A DNA stretch of 64,000 nt. Source: Lytechinus pictus. Lineage: Eukaryota. The stretch is from assembly GCF_037042905.1 (NCBI RefSeq), contig NC_087245.1:25918001-25982000 (forward strand). Direction: 5' to 3'. A program made the translations under genes and the position numbers. The notes below the pieces were generated by a model. That model was not told where the DNA came from and searched no databases. It was given only the letters and a program-made list of their open reading frames with translations. Shown here piece by piece: positions 12,585 to 25,610 of the stretch. Within the stretch, counting starts at the first letter, position 1. Each line of letters starts with the position of its first letter.

Positions 12585-14363
12585 AGACCTAACACGATCT
12601 GATAAGTATCTATAAAAATGGCTGCCGCAGGCTAAGAATCCACAAGTCATCTATTACTTACTAAAGTGGCTATTATTTGGTTTCTATTCAATGGTGTTAA
12701 GGGTAAAGTAGTACGAGTTACAAGGACAGCCAGTGGTCTGGTATGTCCAAAAATCCAAGATGGCTTCCAAAAATAGATTTTATAATGGTTATTGATACTT
12801 AAAGCACACACAGCTCATTTCATATTGACCTTGAAGATGTAATATTGATGTCTAAATCACTGATTCCAAGGATCAAATAATATATTAGGACAAGTTACAA
12901 GGGCAGTCAGTGATCTGGTATGTCCGAAAAATCTAATGTGGCTTTCAAAAATTGATTCTATAATGGATGCTGATACTTAAAAGTGGACATAGCCCATTTT
13001 ATATCCGCCTGAGAGATATGATTTTGGTGTCTTAAATATGGTTTCAAGGGTCAAATAATACATTCGGACAAGTTACAAGGACAGACATTGGTCTAATATG
13101 TCAAAAAATCCAAGTTGGCTTCCAAAAATGGAGTACAAAAATGTCTGATGTTACTTACAAATGGACATAGATTGTTCAATATCTGGGGAATATGATTTTG
13201 GTGTCTAAATCATGGTTTAAAGGGTCAAGTAATGCATTATGACAAGTTACAAGGACAGTCAGTGATCTGGTATGCTAAAGAATCCAAGATGCCTTCCAAA
13301 AATGGGGTCTAAATTGAATGTTGTTGCTTAAAATTAGACATAGTTCACTAAAAATACGACTTGGGGATTTTGAATGTTGTTGCTTAAAATTGGACATAGT
13401 TCACTAAAAATACACCTTGGGGATACGATTTTGGTGTCTACACTAAGGTTTAATGGGTCAAGTAATGCATTGGGTCAAGTTGAAAGGACAGTCAGGTGTC
13501 TAGTATGTATAAAAATCCAAGATAACTTAAAAAAGAATGAGGTCTTCAGTAACTGTTGTTACTTAAAAGTGGAAAAAAAAACCTAAAATACACCTGGGGG
13601 ATATTATTTTGGTGTCTACACTAGGATTTCAAGGATCAATTAATACTTTGAGACTGGTTACAGTGATGTGCAGTTGTCCATTTTGCCTGAAAATCCAAGA
13701 TCGCTTCCAAAAATGGGTTCTAAAATTACCACTGTTACTTAAAAAGAGGACATATAGTTCATACACTATCCACTTGTGAGAAATAATTTTGGTGCCTACA
13801 GTTAATTGCATGGGGATAAGTTATCATATGTTTCATGAGTTGCTAACAGCATCCATTTTGATGCAATCTTAGAATTGCATCAAAATTTTAGAAGCCACCT
13901 TTGACATTTGGACACACCATACCACTGACTGTCCTGGTAACTTGTCCCAATTTACTATTTCACCCTCAAAACCATTAAATGGTAACCAAATTAAAGTAAA
14001 CTAAGTAAGTAATAAATTGTGGATTTTTAGCCTACGGCGGCCATTTTAGGCGCCATCCTGGATTTTACAGGTACCCTGGAGTGCTCATATTCACTCTAAC
14101 CTGTATCAACAAATTATTTTACCTCCTGGACCATGGAATATGCACCGAAATAGGATTTAGTGTGGATAATGAATGAGTTATAACAACAAATCAGTGATAT
14201 GGCGGCCATCTTATACGCCATCTTGAAAATAACAACTTTCCCAGATGGGGATTTTGATAGATTTTTAGTATGTTACTGCTGAGGTCTAATAGTACCAGGA
14301 ACATTTGAAAAACCTTTTGCTGCAATTTGTTTGGGGTCAAACCATAATACATTGACCTGTCTA
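12585..14363. mobile_element. Non-autonomous DNA transposon remnant with ~180-bp internal tandem array (possibly Academ-like)
   Basis: About six units starting ACAAGTTACAAGGACAGTCAGTG..AAAATCCAAGATGGCTTCCAAAAAT (12716-13800), one inverted unit near 13890-13990, and an inverted pair AAAATGGCTGCCGCAGGCTAAGAATCCACA (12615) / TGTGGATTTTTAGCCTACGGCGGCCATTTT (14018). The right end reads TAGACAGGTCAATG on the minus strand. Superfamily is inference. Confidence 0.55.
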
Positions 14364-17287
14364 TTCCTTGAAGCAGATGTTTTGTAAGATGGAGGTGTGT
14401 ATATTTGTATAACCTCTGCGGAAATTAGCAAAACATTGTTCAACCCTATGTCATGTATGTCATCAGATATAACCCAATGTACAATAAAGGGAGTTTTCAT
14501 CGCACATTAAAAACGTATTTTATGTCCCTATAAAATTTTGAAATTTGTTCTTATAATGCGATAGATGTCAATAGACTAATAGCATTTAATATAGGCAATT
14601 TGAACAATACAATGGGAATATATATGAATATATATGATGTATATGAATACCATGAAATATAAAAAATATATGTATAATATTATAAATATATATGTAAAAC
14701 TATTATGTAAATATATATCTCATCAATCACCCAGTTTCGTTTCTTTTTCAATGTTAGGCCTACACAGTATTGTTCGAATAATTGCATCTTTATAATTTCG
14801 TTTTTGTATCAGTATGTGTCTTATAATTTTTATGTACGAATGTGACCTTTGTTGGCGGATTCTTGTGAGTCGATATCATCTATATAAAAAATGGATAGAG
14901 CTCGTAGCGTTGTATGCTGCTGCATACACGACTGACGACCATGCAGCTACAATGAAGCTACAGGGAAAGTACTCCATGACATAATTAACAGTATATGGGG
15001 GCCATACTAACAGTAAGAAACAACACGCACACGCAAGAGAAAAAAGTGTGGAACCTGTGCGCGCTTGAAATTTTGGAATATTTTTAAGTGTTTCCGGTAG
15101 CCTAAAAAAGCGCGTTGTTGCTTTATCCCGTTTATTTCTCGATGATCAATATCCACTTCTCATGCTTGTGGATAGATTGAGGTCAGGTTCATGGGTAATT
15201 GGTAAAAGTCTCTTAGTAAACAGGTATTTGATTGATCAGCTATATTGGAAAGGATAATACGAACAGTTTTGATGTGACTTTAGAAAAAAGGAACATTGTG
15301 GGGAAAAGAATCAAAGCTTATATTGTGTGATCCCCCACCTGCGCGTTGTATAATTCTTTCATAAGAGATGGCCAAACACAACTAACACTCTATGCAATAA
15401 TGATGTATTTGCAATTTTACGGAGACACGAGAAAAATTATGATGACACGTATAGTGGAAGAGGAGTAGAATATATAGACGGTGGGTGTCAAGCAGCAGGC
15501 TTATCTTTTCAAAATCCTCTTCATCTTATGATATGTTGGTCATGTTTGAACATCTGTAAGGATAAAATTCAACATCGTGAATGGAGCTTACACAGTACAT
15601 GCTTAGATTCTTTTCAAGCAATTTGTTTTTAACTCAGATTGACACTTTTCCGTGTATTTTTTTTTCAATATGACAGATCAATAATGTCAGCATGAATTCG
15701 TGCAATTTATGAAAAAAATATGCTTTCCATGAGGTACTCTCTAATTTACAAATAATGGGAAGTATTGGCTTACCGTGATTCTTTTTTCAAGATCACTTTT
15801 AAGATGAGGGGAATTTTTCATGGCCTGCAATTGTTTGATCCAGTAATCTCTTCTTGAGAGTGATCTGGGAGCTGTGTTTTACAAAGTTTTAGTCTGATTT
15901 AAAAAAGGGGGAATTTAAAGGTGTACTCGCGATAAATAAAAAATAAGGCAAACAAAACAATGAAAATAAGATCAAAATTTGACAAGGAATAACATTGTTA
16001 TGATATATTAAAGACTTATTTTATAACTACAATTTCATTTTATAATGAGGGAGACATATCATACATACATCAATGAAATTATGAATGATTACGATTTCTT
16101 GTAATAACATAAGAAAAAGGAAAGTGGGGGAAATGACATTATCAGCCCACCTGAATATCCACAACGACTTGCATATAACTGTTTTCACAAAATATCCGAA
16201 CATGGCGATATGATATGATTACCATATTTATCAGAATAGAAAACTTCACAATATGATAATATTAAATTATCTCATTTATACCTTAATCATGTCGATATAC
16301 ATTAAAAAAAATCAATTTAGTTTTGCACTATAATCACGGGGAATCTGATTCTGCAGGATTTGCTTTTTAGTGGACCCCCCCCCCCCCCCCATTTACACCC
16401 ACATGCTATACTGTGTACCAGTTTATAAATATAATATCTTATTTTTCATATCTTAATGGTTTATATTTGGATGTTTTTTATTTGTTGATATGGAAATTGA
16501 ATAAAAGTCTGATGCTCGAATCACGAAAGTCCACTCCCCCATTTGATTTTTTTCAAATATGTTAGTGATTGTTTTACTTAATATTGTAACTTAATTTTCT
16601 TGAGTAAAATGGATGCAAAGAAAATAAGTAAATTTTACTTAAAACTGCCAAACTCATAAATACTTGAAAAAATTAAGGCAATTTTTGGCCACAATTTTAT
16701 TGAGTAATTTCAACAATTTTTTTGTACAGTGTACGTAAACTATATTCTAATCCATCTAGCATCATATTACAAAAGCGTTGTAATTGTTAAATGCATTTTT
16801 ACCCATCAGAAATTAATATGGAAGTTTTCGGGCCACTGGGATTCGAATCTAACACCATCTCTCTATAATGATTTATATTTTAAATAGCCGTCTGAGCAAT
16901 TATTTCATATTTAGTAATTGGATAAAAGAAAGCGACTAACTGAGATCATATCCAAAAATTTCAACCCATTCCATATTTGAGAAGGTATTTTATATAAACA
17001 AGTCAAAAATACATGGATATTTTATTTTGATCTGGCACCAAATTTGATGGTAATTTCGGAAAATGTATCCAATAAAGCAAATTTTTTGTTTATATCCTTA
17101 CAACCGTTTTTTGACACATGCATTAGCATAATCTAGTAGTGAAATGGAATAATGATATTCACTTTAGGGGGATTTACCAAAACTAAAGGCTTTAATAACA
17201 TTCCCATTTGCATGGAAGATGGTCGCGTAACAAACAGCACAAATATACACAACCTCACATAACCACTAATGAACAGAAAAACACATT

Positions 17288-17366
<79 letters not shown>

Positions 17367-18087
17367 CAATTGTAAGAGAAATTACATTCATCCTCGTAGT
17401 TAATTTTTCTCTATGGAAGTCCATTGCATTATAAGAATATTCCAGAATGCCTCAATTAAGCTTTGTTTAATGAGGCTGAGTAATGATTTGTGTGTAATTA
17501 ACAATGATTCTTGGCAGACAATAGGGCCTGCCAGCGGCTGTGAAAAAGGACAATAAAATTAGCTTTGTTGTTTACATTGTTTCACTGAGTCATTCTAGAG
17601 TCTTCTAGAATTGGACTATTCAAGAAAGAAGGAGAATGTTCTTTTCAAAGACAATAATAGAAGTTTCCAGAGTAGTGGAAATTTATATATATAAGCTGGC
17701 AGTTTCTTCAATGATCATATCAAATCAGAACTCAGAGTTTCGTGCACACCATCAATGAACTGTTTGCAGTTATTTTGAGAAAGGAATTCTCAGTTTTCAT
17801 CAATACAAGATCATCAATCTGTTCTAAAGAAGATTTTTCAACCCATGGATTGCTGAAATCGACTGTTTATCATCATCATTTAGTGTATGATCTATTTCCT
17901 GTAAATAAAGAAAGGAACCAAAGAACTGATCTAACATGTTATTTGTTGCAGTATCGTATTAACATATATTCGTCATGGTTAGCTTTTCAAGCTGTTTTTT
18001 AGTAAAAAGAGGTAAAAGAAACCTATAGAGATAAACTAGTCAGATACGCCTTACCTATTCAACAATTAGATCAGCGTCAAGCCCTTT

Positions 18088-18229
18088 TGGGGATGGGCAT
18101 TTCATGAAGAGTTCTGTCAGTGATTTCCACCGACTAATTTGCTCTCAGCCAATCAGATGCAAGTATTTTCAGTAGCTTATAACATCTGTCACTGAAAATC
18201 CCTCAGAAAACTCTTCCTGAAACGCTCCC
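18088..18229. mobile_element. Degenerate short foldback MITE
   Basis: Imperfect inverted ends GGGCATTTCATGAAGAGTTCTGTCAGTGATTT / AAATCCCTCAGAAAACTCTTCCTGAAACGCTCCC. Confidence 0.55.
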
Positions 18230-19046
18230 GTCTCATTACAAGTACAAGGTTGTTTACTGAGGATAGTCTCGTGAGATTCGTTTACTCAGAGGAAATTATA
18301 AATTGTATGAGTTTTCGATCTTAAATGGTTGCTTTCCAGACAGTTTAAGTTTCTGCGAATTCTAACAACCTGACATGAAATTTGAAATTGATACGCGGTT
18401 CTAATGTGAATATGGATACACTTAAAATTTCTAAAAAGCAAAGACACCTTACGGATGATTATCGTAGTGCAACCCTACTTCTGGAATTCAAGGAAGGGTG
18501 GCCGTTTTTTATAATAAGAAAATTGATATATAATTGTAATAGCGCTCACCGGATACAACAAGACATTCTGATGATTTATTTTACCAAAGTATATATGATT
18601 TTAATCGTTTCTTTATGAATAACAGCGTACTTTTGATATAGAATAGGTTGCAATCAGCACAGAAACGTTGCAATTCATCGTGTCTTTTTAAGAGACAATT
18701 ATTCGTCTCTTAATCATAACTTTCTAGTCATACCTTTCTAGTTCAATAGATTTTTCTGCTTATATACCTGTCTGTTTTATTTGTTGGTGTATACTTGACG
18801 TGTATATGAATAGTATCTCATTTAGGTGATTAGCCTTGATAGGCCATTGATCCTTGCTGCAATTGAGGATCCCATGTTCAATAATTGCTATTTTTTGTTG
18901 TATTATTATCTTTTGACGATGATTCTTTATAATGTTGTATTTAAATTACTGCCTTACTATTTCAATTAAATTAAATGCCGTATAGGGGCCAATCAATGAA
19001 AACTACAAACCTTTGTATCAGAATCGTATATGAGCTCAGTATGAAA

Positions 19047-19201
19047 AGAAGAAGACAATTCATATCTGACAAGTAATAACAATCATCGCTATGGTAATCG
19101 TAAAAGACGAAGTACCAAATGTCATTCATCTTTTCATAAGCTCTGTTATTGTTTAATGGTGATGTATGTGTACTCATGGAAATTTAAACTAAAAATTGTG
19201 A
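19047..19201. repeat. ~150-bp dispersed repeat abutting (GAA)n, copy 1
   Basis: Closely matches 51615-51777: ACAATTCATATCTGACAAGTAATAACAATCATCGCTATGGTAATCGTAAAAGAC...GGAAATTTAAACTAAAAATTGTGA. Confidence 0.85.
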
Positions 19202-19407
19202 TCTCGTGAGGTTTAACAGAGACCCAAATCTCTTAATTGCGTCGTTCTATACCTGACTTTCAATTAAGCAAGCTTCAATGTCCCCTAGAAAAATATATAC
19301 ACATATTTTGTTGAATACTTTCATAATTAAAATTTGGCAAAGATATGCCAAACTGACAGGGTTTTTATTTAATTGTGGAACGTCTTAAGCATTAATGCTA
19401 ACATGAT

Positions 19408-21620
19408 GTGCCCAATCAATTCATTTCATCAATAACGGATGGTATTGTTCCCTCCCAATGGAAAATTGCTAAAATTATACCATTGCACAAGAAAGGCGAT
19501 AAATGTGAACCGGATAATTACAGGCCCATATCATTATTGCCTTGTGTCTCGAAACTTTTAGAGAAGGTTGTTCAAAAACAATTACTCCGTTACTTGAATG
19601 ACAATGATTTACTAGTAAACGAACAATGGGGCTTCAGGTCGAAGCACTCCACAACTACTGCTCTAATCAAGGTGACTGATGAATGGCTTAAAGCGCTGGA
19701 TCAAGGTAAATATACTGGATGTGTCTTTGAAGATTTACATAAGGCATTTGATACTGTCGACCACCATGTCCTTATTAAAAAAACTCTCTCATATTGGCGT
19801 TCAAGGAACAACATTGAATGGTTCCAGGACTATCTCATAAATAGACGTATTGTAACTTCAATTGGGCAAATATTATCTGATGTAATAACCCTTGATTATG
19901 GAGTGCCTCAGGGGTCAATAATAGGCCCGCTGTTGTTCTTAATTTTTCATTAACGATTTCCATTGTTTGTTTTACAAAGTGTAAGTTGCATTTCTATGCC
20001 GATGATACGGTTCTGTATTATTCCCATAATGATGTTGATGAGATTCAATCTGTATTAAATGAAGAGTTAGGTAACCTCCAATCTTGGATGAATATAAATA
20101 GACTCATGATAAACTCCAGTAAAACAGTATGTATGTTAATTGGAACAAAGAGTATGCTTTCTAAACGTCATACTCTCAATATCAAGTTAAATTCAACTAG
20201 ACTAAATCAAGTGACAAGTCTCAAATATCTTGGATTAAATTTGGACCTGAACTTAAATGGAATATTTATATAGAGCAACTGAACAAAAAGATTGGGAAAT
20301 TATTGGCTTTCTAAGGAGACTTGATATATTTAATTAATGAGTCAAATCTAAAATTTATTTATTCTTCTGTGATTTAACCCCATTTCGATTTTGCGGAAAC
20401 TGTTTGGCAAAGTACCAATAAAAATTATCTTGACCAACTCCAGAAAGCTCCAGAATAGAGCGGAAAGAGGAAAGAATTATTCTTCGAGTCAACCCCTATG
20501 AACATAAATCAGTTCATCCCATTCACCATATGTTGAAGTGGGAAACTCTAAAGTCTCGTCGTAGGAGACACATGTACTCATTATTGTTTAAAACATTCCA
20601 TAAGTTAACACCCGATTATATGACTGACAAATTTGTTTTTAACGAAAAGCACTATGGACTAAGATAAAATTCATACCTACTGCTTCCCAAACCAAGAACA
20701 AATCAATGTAAACGTACATTCTTATATCGTGGATCTGTATCGTACAATGAACTACCACTCAAGCTACGCCAGCTGGACACACTTAAAGGTATTGTTTAAC
20801 TTTGTGAGCAGCCGATTTAAAAAATTCTCAAACCAAGATGAAACATGTGTACAAGTGCATGTATTAGAACTAATAAACCCTGAATACAAGCATTATTGAG
20901 AATGAAACGCTAAAACAACAAGGCAAACCCCGATTTTGTAAAAAGGCGTCTTATAGACGCCTAAATAGTTCACATAAGTGTAAGGGATGAAATTAAGATG
21001 GTGTTTTCGGTCACTTTATATTTCAATTTTTTAATCAATAAATAATTATTTTCGAACGCAATTTTTTCTGGGCTTCATTTTTGTAACATATCACAGACAC
21101 AGATGACAAGTGTGACCTTCTAGCTCAGATTTTTTTAAAGTCAAACCAATGTTAACCAATCACTTTAATATATTCAATAAACACATTCAGATTTTTTTTG
21201 ACTATTTTGATATTTGAAATCCGCAATCCATTATTCACTGCCATACGATAGTAATCGGTGTAATAAACAGACTAAATAGGGTGCTTAGGTAATCAATAGT
21301 TATAGAGGGTGGGTTAAAGGGGAGTGGGCATTTTCACAATGGGATATTTTTTAACCGTAATTTAGTTTTTGTCTTTGCATTTTTTTCCTTGTAATGTACT
21401 CGATTAAGTATTGTTTATTTACAATGTATATTATTTGTTTTTTTATATGTATTTACGTTGCAAAGGACCCCCATGGAAGAACCTCTGTATTATTTTAATA
21501 CCGCTGAAATGGGCAATCCTCCATATTTTATTTGACGATTTTTCTTTTTCTTATTTTAATTTGATCATGCATATATTTTGTTTTATATGGAAATAAATAC
21601 AAACAACAAACACAAACAAT
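19408..21620 (+). mobile_element. 5'-truncated, decayed non-LTR retrotransposon (L2/CR1 group), RT region plus 3' UTR
   Basis: RT motifs WKIAKIIPLHKKG, NYRPISLL, DLHKAFDTVDH, GVPQGSIIGPLLF, YADD and KYLG across frameshifted ORFs; C-terminal YNELP motif; ends in AATAAA plus a CAAA-rich tail. Interrupted by a MITE at 20787-21164. Confidence 0.93.
20787..21164. mobile_element. TTAA-flanked MITE (Kolobok-like) inserted in the LINE
   Basis: TTAA at 20783-20786 and 21165-21168; imperfect TIRs AGGTATTGTTTAACTTTG / CAATGTTAACCAATCACT. Excision restores the LINE reading frame. Confidence 0.85.
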
Positions 21621-22239
21621 CTCTCATTTCTTTCAAAGTTTCATTAAAAAGGTATCTTTTATTCAGGTTTTCAGAAATATCTCACCTGCAATCGCACACA
21701 CACACACCCTCACACACATCCACACACACTTCATTTTTATTTTTCTCCCTTTACTGATGATTTGTGACGTCGGGTTTTTTTTTCTTTCAAACCCAAGCAA
21801 TGTGATTGGTGTCCATGTAGCCCTTTCCCTTTTGGCTGCTATTACTCAAGCATTATTTTTTTGCCCATATAGTTTGCCATTGATTTTTTCATTACTTTAT
21901 CGAATGTTTACATATTGTATTTATGTCAAAATTTTGTTATTGCACCTCTGTTATGAAGGTCTCACATTGTAATGTATTTTATTGTCATATTACAATTAAG
22001 TTTATGTATTTAAAAATCATTTTGACTGTAATTAAATACAGAAACTCCTGCAAAGGAAAATACAACTGTTCTGGATAGTGGCGTACCTTGCGAATCTCGT
22101 TAGGAGGAGCAACTATTTTCTTACAACTAAAAACAAGAGGCCACTAGTCACTATCATTTATGGAACCAAACGTATTAAAAACAATGCCAACGAGCAAAAA
22201 AAGAGAGGAAACGCCCACCCACCCCCCCCCCCCCTCCGC

Positions 22240-22988
22240 GCTGTATATACGGTTCATTTCATTTTTCTTCATATTCTTTTCATGTTTCTTATTTGACATT
22301 TGTTTCACATATAAAATGAAGAAACAACAGTAAGTCATAATGTGAAACCACAGACAAATTAAAATTATGCAAGTAACATAGTTATACAGATGAAGTAAAA
22401 GCTAATATGTCAATTTTCTACACTTAATCATATTAATAGTTAACAAAATAACAGAATGAAATCATGATGTTACTATTATGTTAGATTATGTACCTTTTCT
22501 TATGCCAGTTTGCAATAATATTTATTGCAAACTGGCATAAGAAAAGGTAAATAATCTAACATATTATTCGACCTTCTAATTGGTTGAAAATGGAGTTGCG
22601 TTTGATTAAGTGTTTGATTGGAAATATTTCTGCAACTTATCCCATACGAATTCGGTTGAATCAAGGAGAATGTAGAAAATTGACAACCTAAATACACCAC
22701 TAATCACTGGTCTCACGAAGATTTTGGGTAAAGATATTTAGTGCACGAGAATGATCATTAAATCTTTATTACCTCTTAAGCGCTCTAACTATACTAACGT
22801 GCTTTTTTGTAGATCTCATCATAATTCTTTAGCTTAAACTTAGCTTTAACTTTATCTGTATAACTATGTTACTTGTCTAGTTTTCATTTGTCTGTAGTTT
22901 CACATTATGACTTATTGTTGTTTCTTTATTTTATATGTGAAACAAATGTCAAATAAGAAACGCGAAAAAGAATGAACCGTATGTAGTG
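22240..22988. mobile_element. MITE-like element with long imperfect terminal inverted repeats
   Basis: TACGGTTCATT...TTTCTTATTTGACATTTGTTTCACATATAAAAT...AAGTCATAATGTGAAAC (22248-22350) is mirrored in reverse complement at about 22895-22983. Confidence 0.75.
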
Positions 22989-23789
22989 TTTTTTTTTTCC
23001 TGTACACTGAAAAAGACGGTCCATAATTGTTGGAGTCTGTATCATTGGCCGAGATTCGCAGCCTGAATTGTTGGCATAGATTAAGGGTATGTTGTTATCG
23101 AGAGCATCAGTCTCTTAGCAACCGATGGAGACTGAATACTTCTGGACTCCCCGGTTTCAACGTGGAGGGGAAACTATCTAGGAGGCATGAGTTTACATGT
23201 GACTCCTGTCCTTGGTGAGTCAGTCAGTCACACCAACAAAATATGTACCACATATTCCACGGCGATTAACGATATTACGTTATTATGAATGGCATATACC
23301 GATAGGTTTGGATTCTGTTTCAGCAGGGAGTTTCACACCGCGACGCAGAACGAATGCATTCAAGAACACTGTAAATGTCTTGACAATGCGAGATAAATGA
23401 CAATGAACAGATGGGAGGTCTTTGTCGCAAATCAATGAACCGGAACAGCAGTTTCGTCTACAGTTTCGGACGAGCTGGGGAAAAATTGCAAATATGTCGT
23501 TTGTCCAGAGTCCCCCGGACGAAGCTGTTTTGATTCACCAATTTTCGACAAAAACTTCCTGCTTGCGAAAACTCCCTGTTCAATGTGACTGCGATGATCA
23601 GGTAGACATAATCTCTTCATCATCTTTACATACCTATTCATCTCTCCATTCATCTCATATCTCCTCATTTATATCTATTCATGTATTATTATTATTATTA
23701 TTATTCATGTCACAGTCAGACGAACGAAGAGACTCCAACAGAATCGATGGTATGTCATCCAAAATACTATAAAACGTTCGTTCGATCTG

Positions 23790-24042
23790 GGCCCTGTCTT
23801 CATGATCTTACAAAGAGTTACAATTGATCAAATCAATCTCAACTGTATGGAAATACCATCATTTTTCACATGAAATTTGCACATTCTTCATGTTCTTAGT
23901 GAACAAAGAGAATCATGACTGTATGAATAAACATTATATCGAGAAAATATGTTGAACAAATTTGCATTTTAGATGTTGACGTTGCTGGCCGTCCATAGTT
24001 GTGGTTGATTGGATCAATCGCTACTCTTTGTAAGACGGGGCC
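23790..24042. mobile_element. MITE with 3-bp CTG target duplication (Harbinger-like)
   Basis: CTG-GGCCCTGTCTT...AAGACGGGGCC-CTG; same family as 43225-43494, in opposite orientation. Confidence 0.8.
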
Positions 24043-24689
24043 CTGGTATAGAATAGGGAGGTGTGACTGCCATATGTGTCTGGGTTTCGTCCTTTCTTTT
24101 CATAATACCGTTCACCAACTGGTTTTCAAATACCACTATTTCTCCTTAATTCTCTTACTGCCGACTCACGGATCTATTTTTAGAAAATGCTCCCCCTTTT
24201 CCAACTTGTAAAGTAATGTGAATAAAATAAATGGATTGATACCAACTTTTTCTCAGCGCAAAACATGGTGAGAGAATCACACCTTTAGAGAAAATCAATA
24301 TTTTGAACTACATGATGGATTTTTTTCGTACAACTTGGTAAGACCTGTTCATTTTTTTCTCTCGAGGACTTGACTCAGAATTCGCTCATTCTTGAATGCC
24401 TTCTTTCATATAATTCATTACAAGCATCGGCGTAGATGTCGTTAAGGAGTAATGACACCTCTCCTCCCTGGTTATATGACGATGATTAAAATAGAAACTG
24501 AGATGGGTAAACGAATACCTTATAGTTTTCTATTACTGTAAGTATTCTGAGGATCTAATACGTTGTAAATCGAAAATCCATTTTATTTACAATGTATTAT
24601 TTGGATCACAGCAAGAAACAGAAAAACAAGGACAGATTGAATCTATATTGATTAAATGTTTATAAACAATGTGCCTCTAAACACACCCT

Positions 24690-24844
24690 AAAAACGAAGA
24701 GCTAGTTTAGCTCTTAAGGAGCGTGTATTGTAACTGCACTTCGGAGTGCCGATTTGTCTAGTTCAAATTTAAACGAGAAAAATCAGCACTCCGAAGTGCA
24801 GTCACTATACACGCTCCTTAAGAGCTAAATTAGCTCGTCGTTTA
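24690..24844. mobile_element. Near-perfect foldback (palindromic MITE)
   Basis: GAGCTAGTTTAGCTCTTAAGGAGCGTGTATTGTAACTGCACTTCGGAGTGC pairs with GCACTCCGAAGTGCAGTCACTATACACGCTCCTTAAGAGCTAAATTAGCTC. Confidence 0.8.
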
Positions 24845-25469
24845 TGAATTTTCAACCAATTTTTTTGTCACTATCGATGTCCTCGATATCGTGAATATTT
24901 ATATAAAATTACATAATTTTCGTCCTCATTATTTCTCGTTCTATTTATCAGCATCCTCCCTCTCTTTCTTTCTTTCTTTCTATGTTTCTTTCTTTCTGTC
25001 TTTCGCTCTCTTTCTCTTTACCTATCTATCTCCCTCTATATTTAACTAAGTCTTCTTGTCTCACTATCTCACACATACATTAACCTATGCTCACAAAATA
25101 TCTATTTCTTTTTTTTTACATTTTCATGATTATATGATATATATTGGTGAATCTCTAGATGTATGACGCTCTAAGTTCAAAACATGTAAAACTCACTACA
25201 TAATGTTTAAGGAGTAATAGAATTAAAATATCATATTAATAAAATACTGCTTAATAATGTTTCATGCAACCATATATTCGACAATGCAATGAACGCCCGA
25301 AGCTGTATAGCTTTAGCTAGATCGATGCTCTCTAAAACCAGTTTTTAATTTTGCTACGATTACTATTGTTTTTGTTATTACTAATAATGTTATTTTTATC
25401 ACTAAAAAGGCATGGTGTACACTATAACACTCTTGTTTGCTTCGCCATGGAAAATTACTTTTATCATTA

Positions 25470-25610
25470 CTAATATTATTGTAATAATTAGTACTATTAT
25501 TCTTATCATTATTATTATTTCTTTTATAATTATTATCATTATTACTATTATAATTGTTGTTGTTGTGATGGTTGTTGTTGTTGTTATCACCATCATTATC
25601 ATTATAATTT
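25470..25610. repeat. (ATT)/(GTT)/(ATC) trinucleotide low-complexity tract
   Basis: Source of the poly-Ile and poly-Asn spurious ORFs. Confidence 0.9.
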
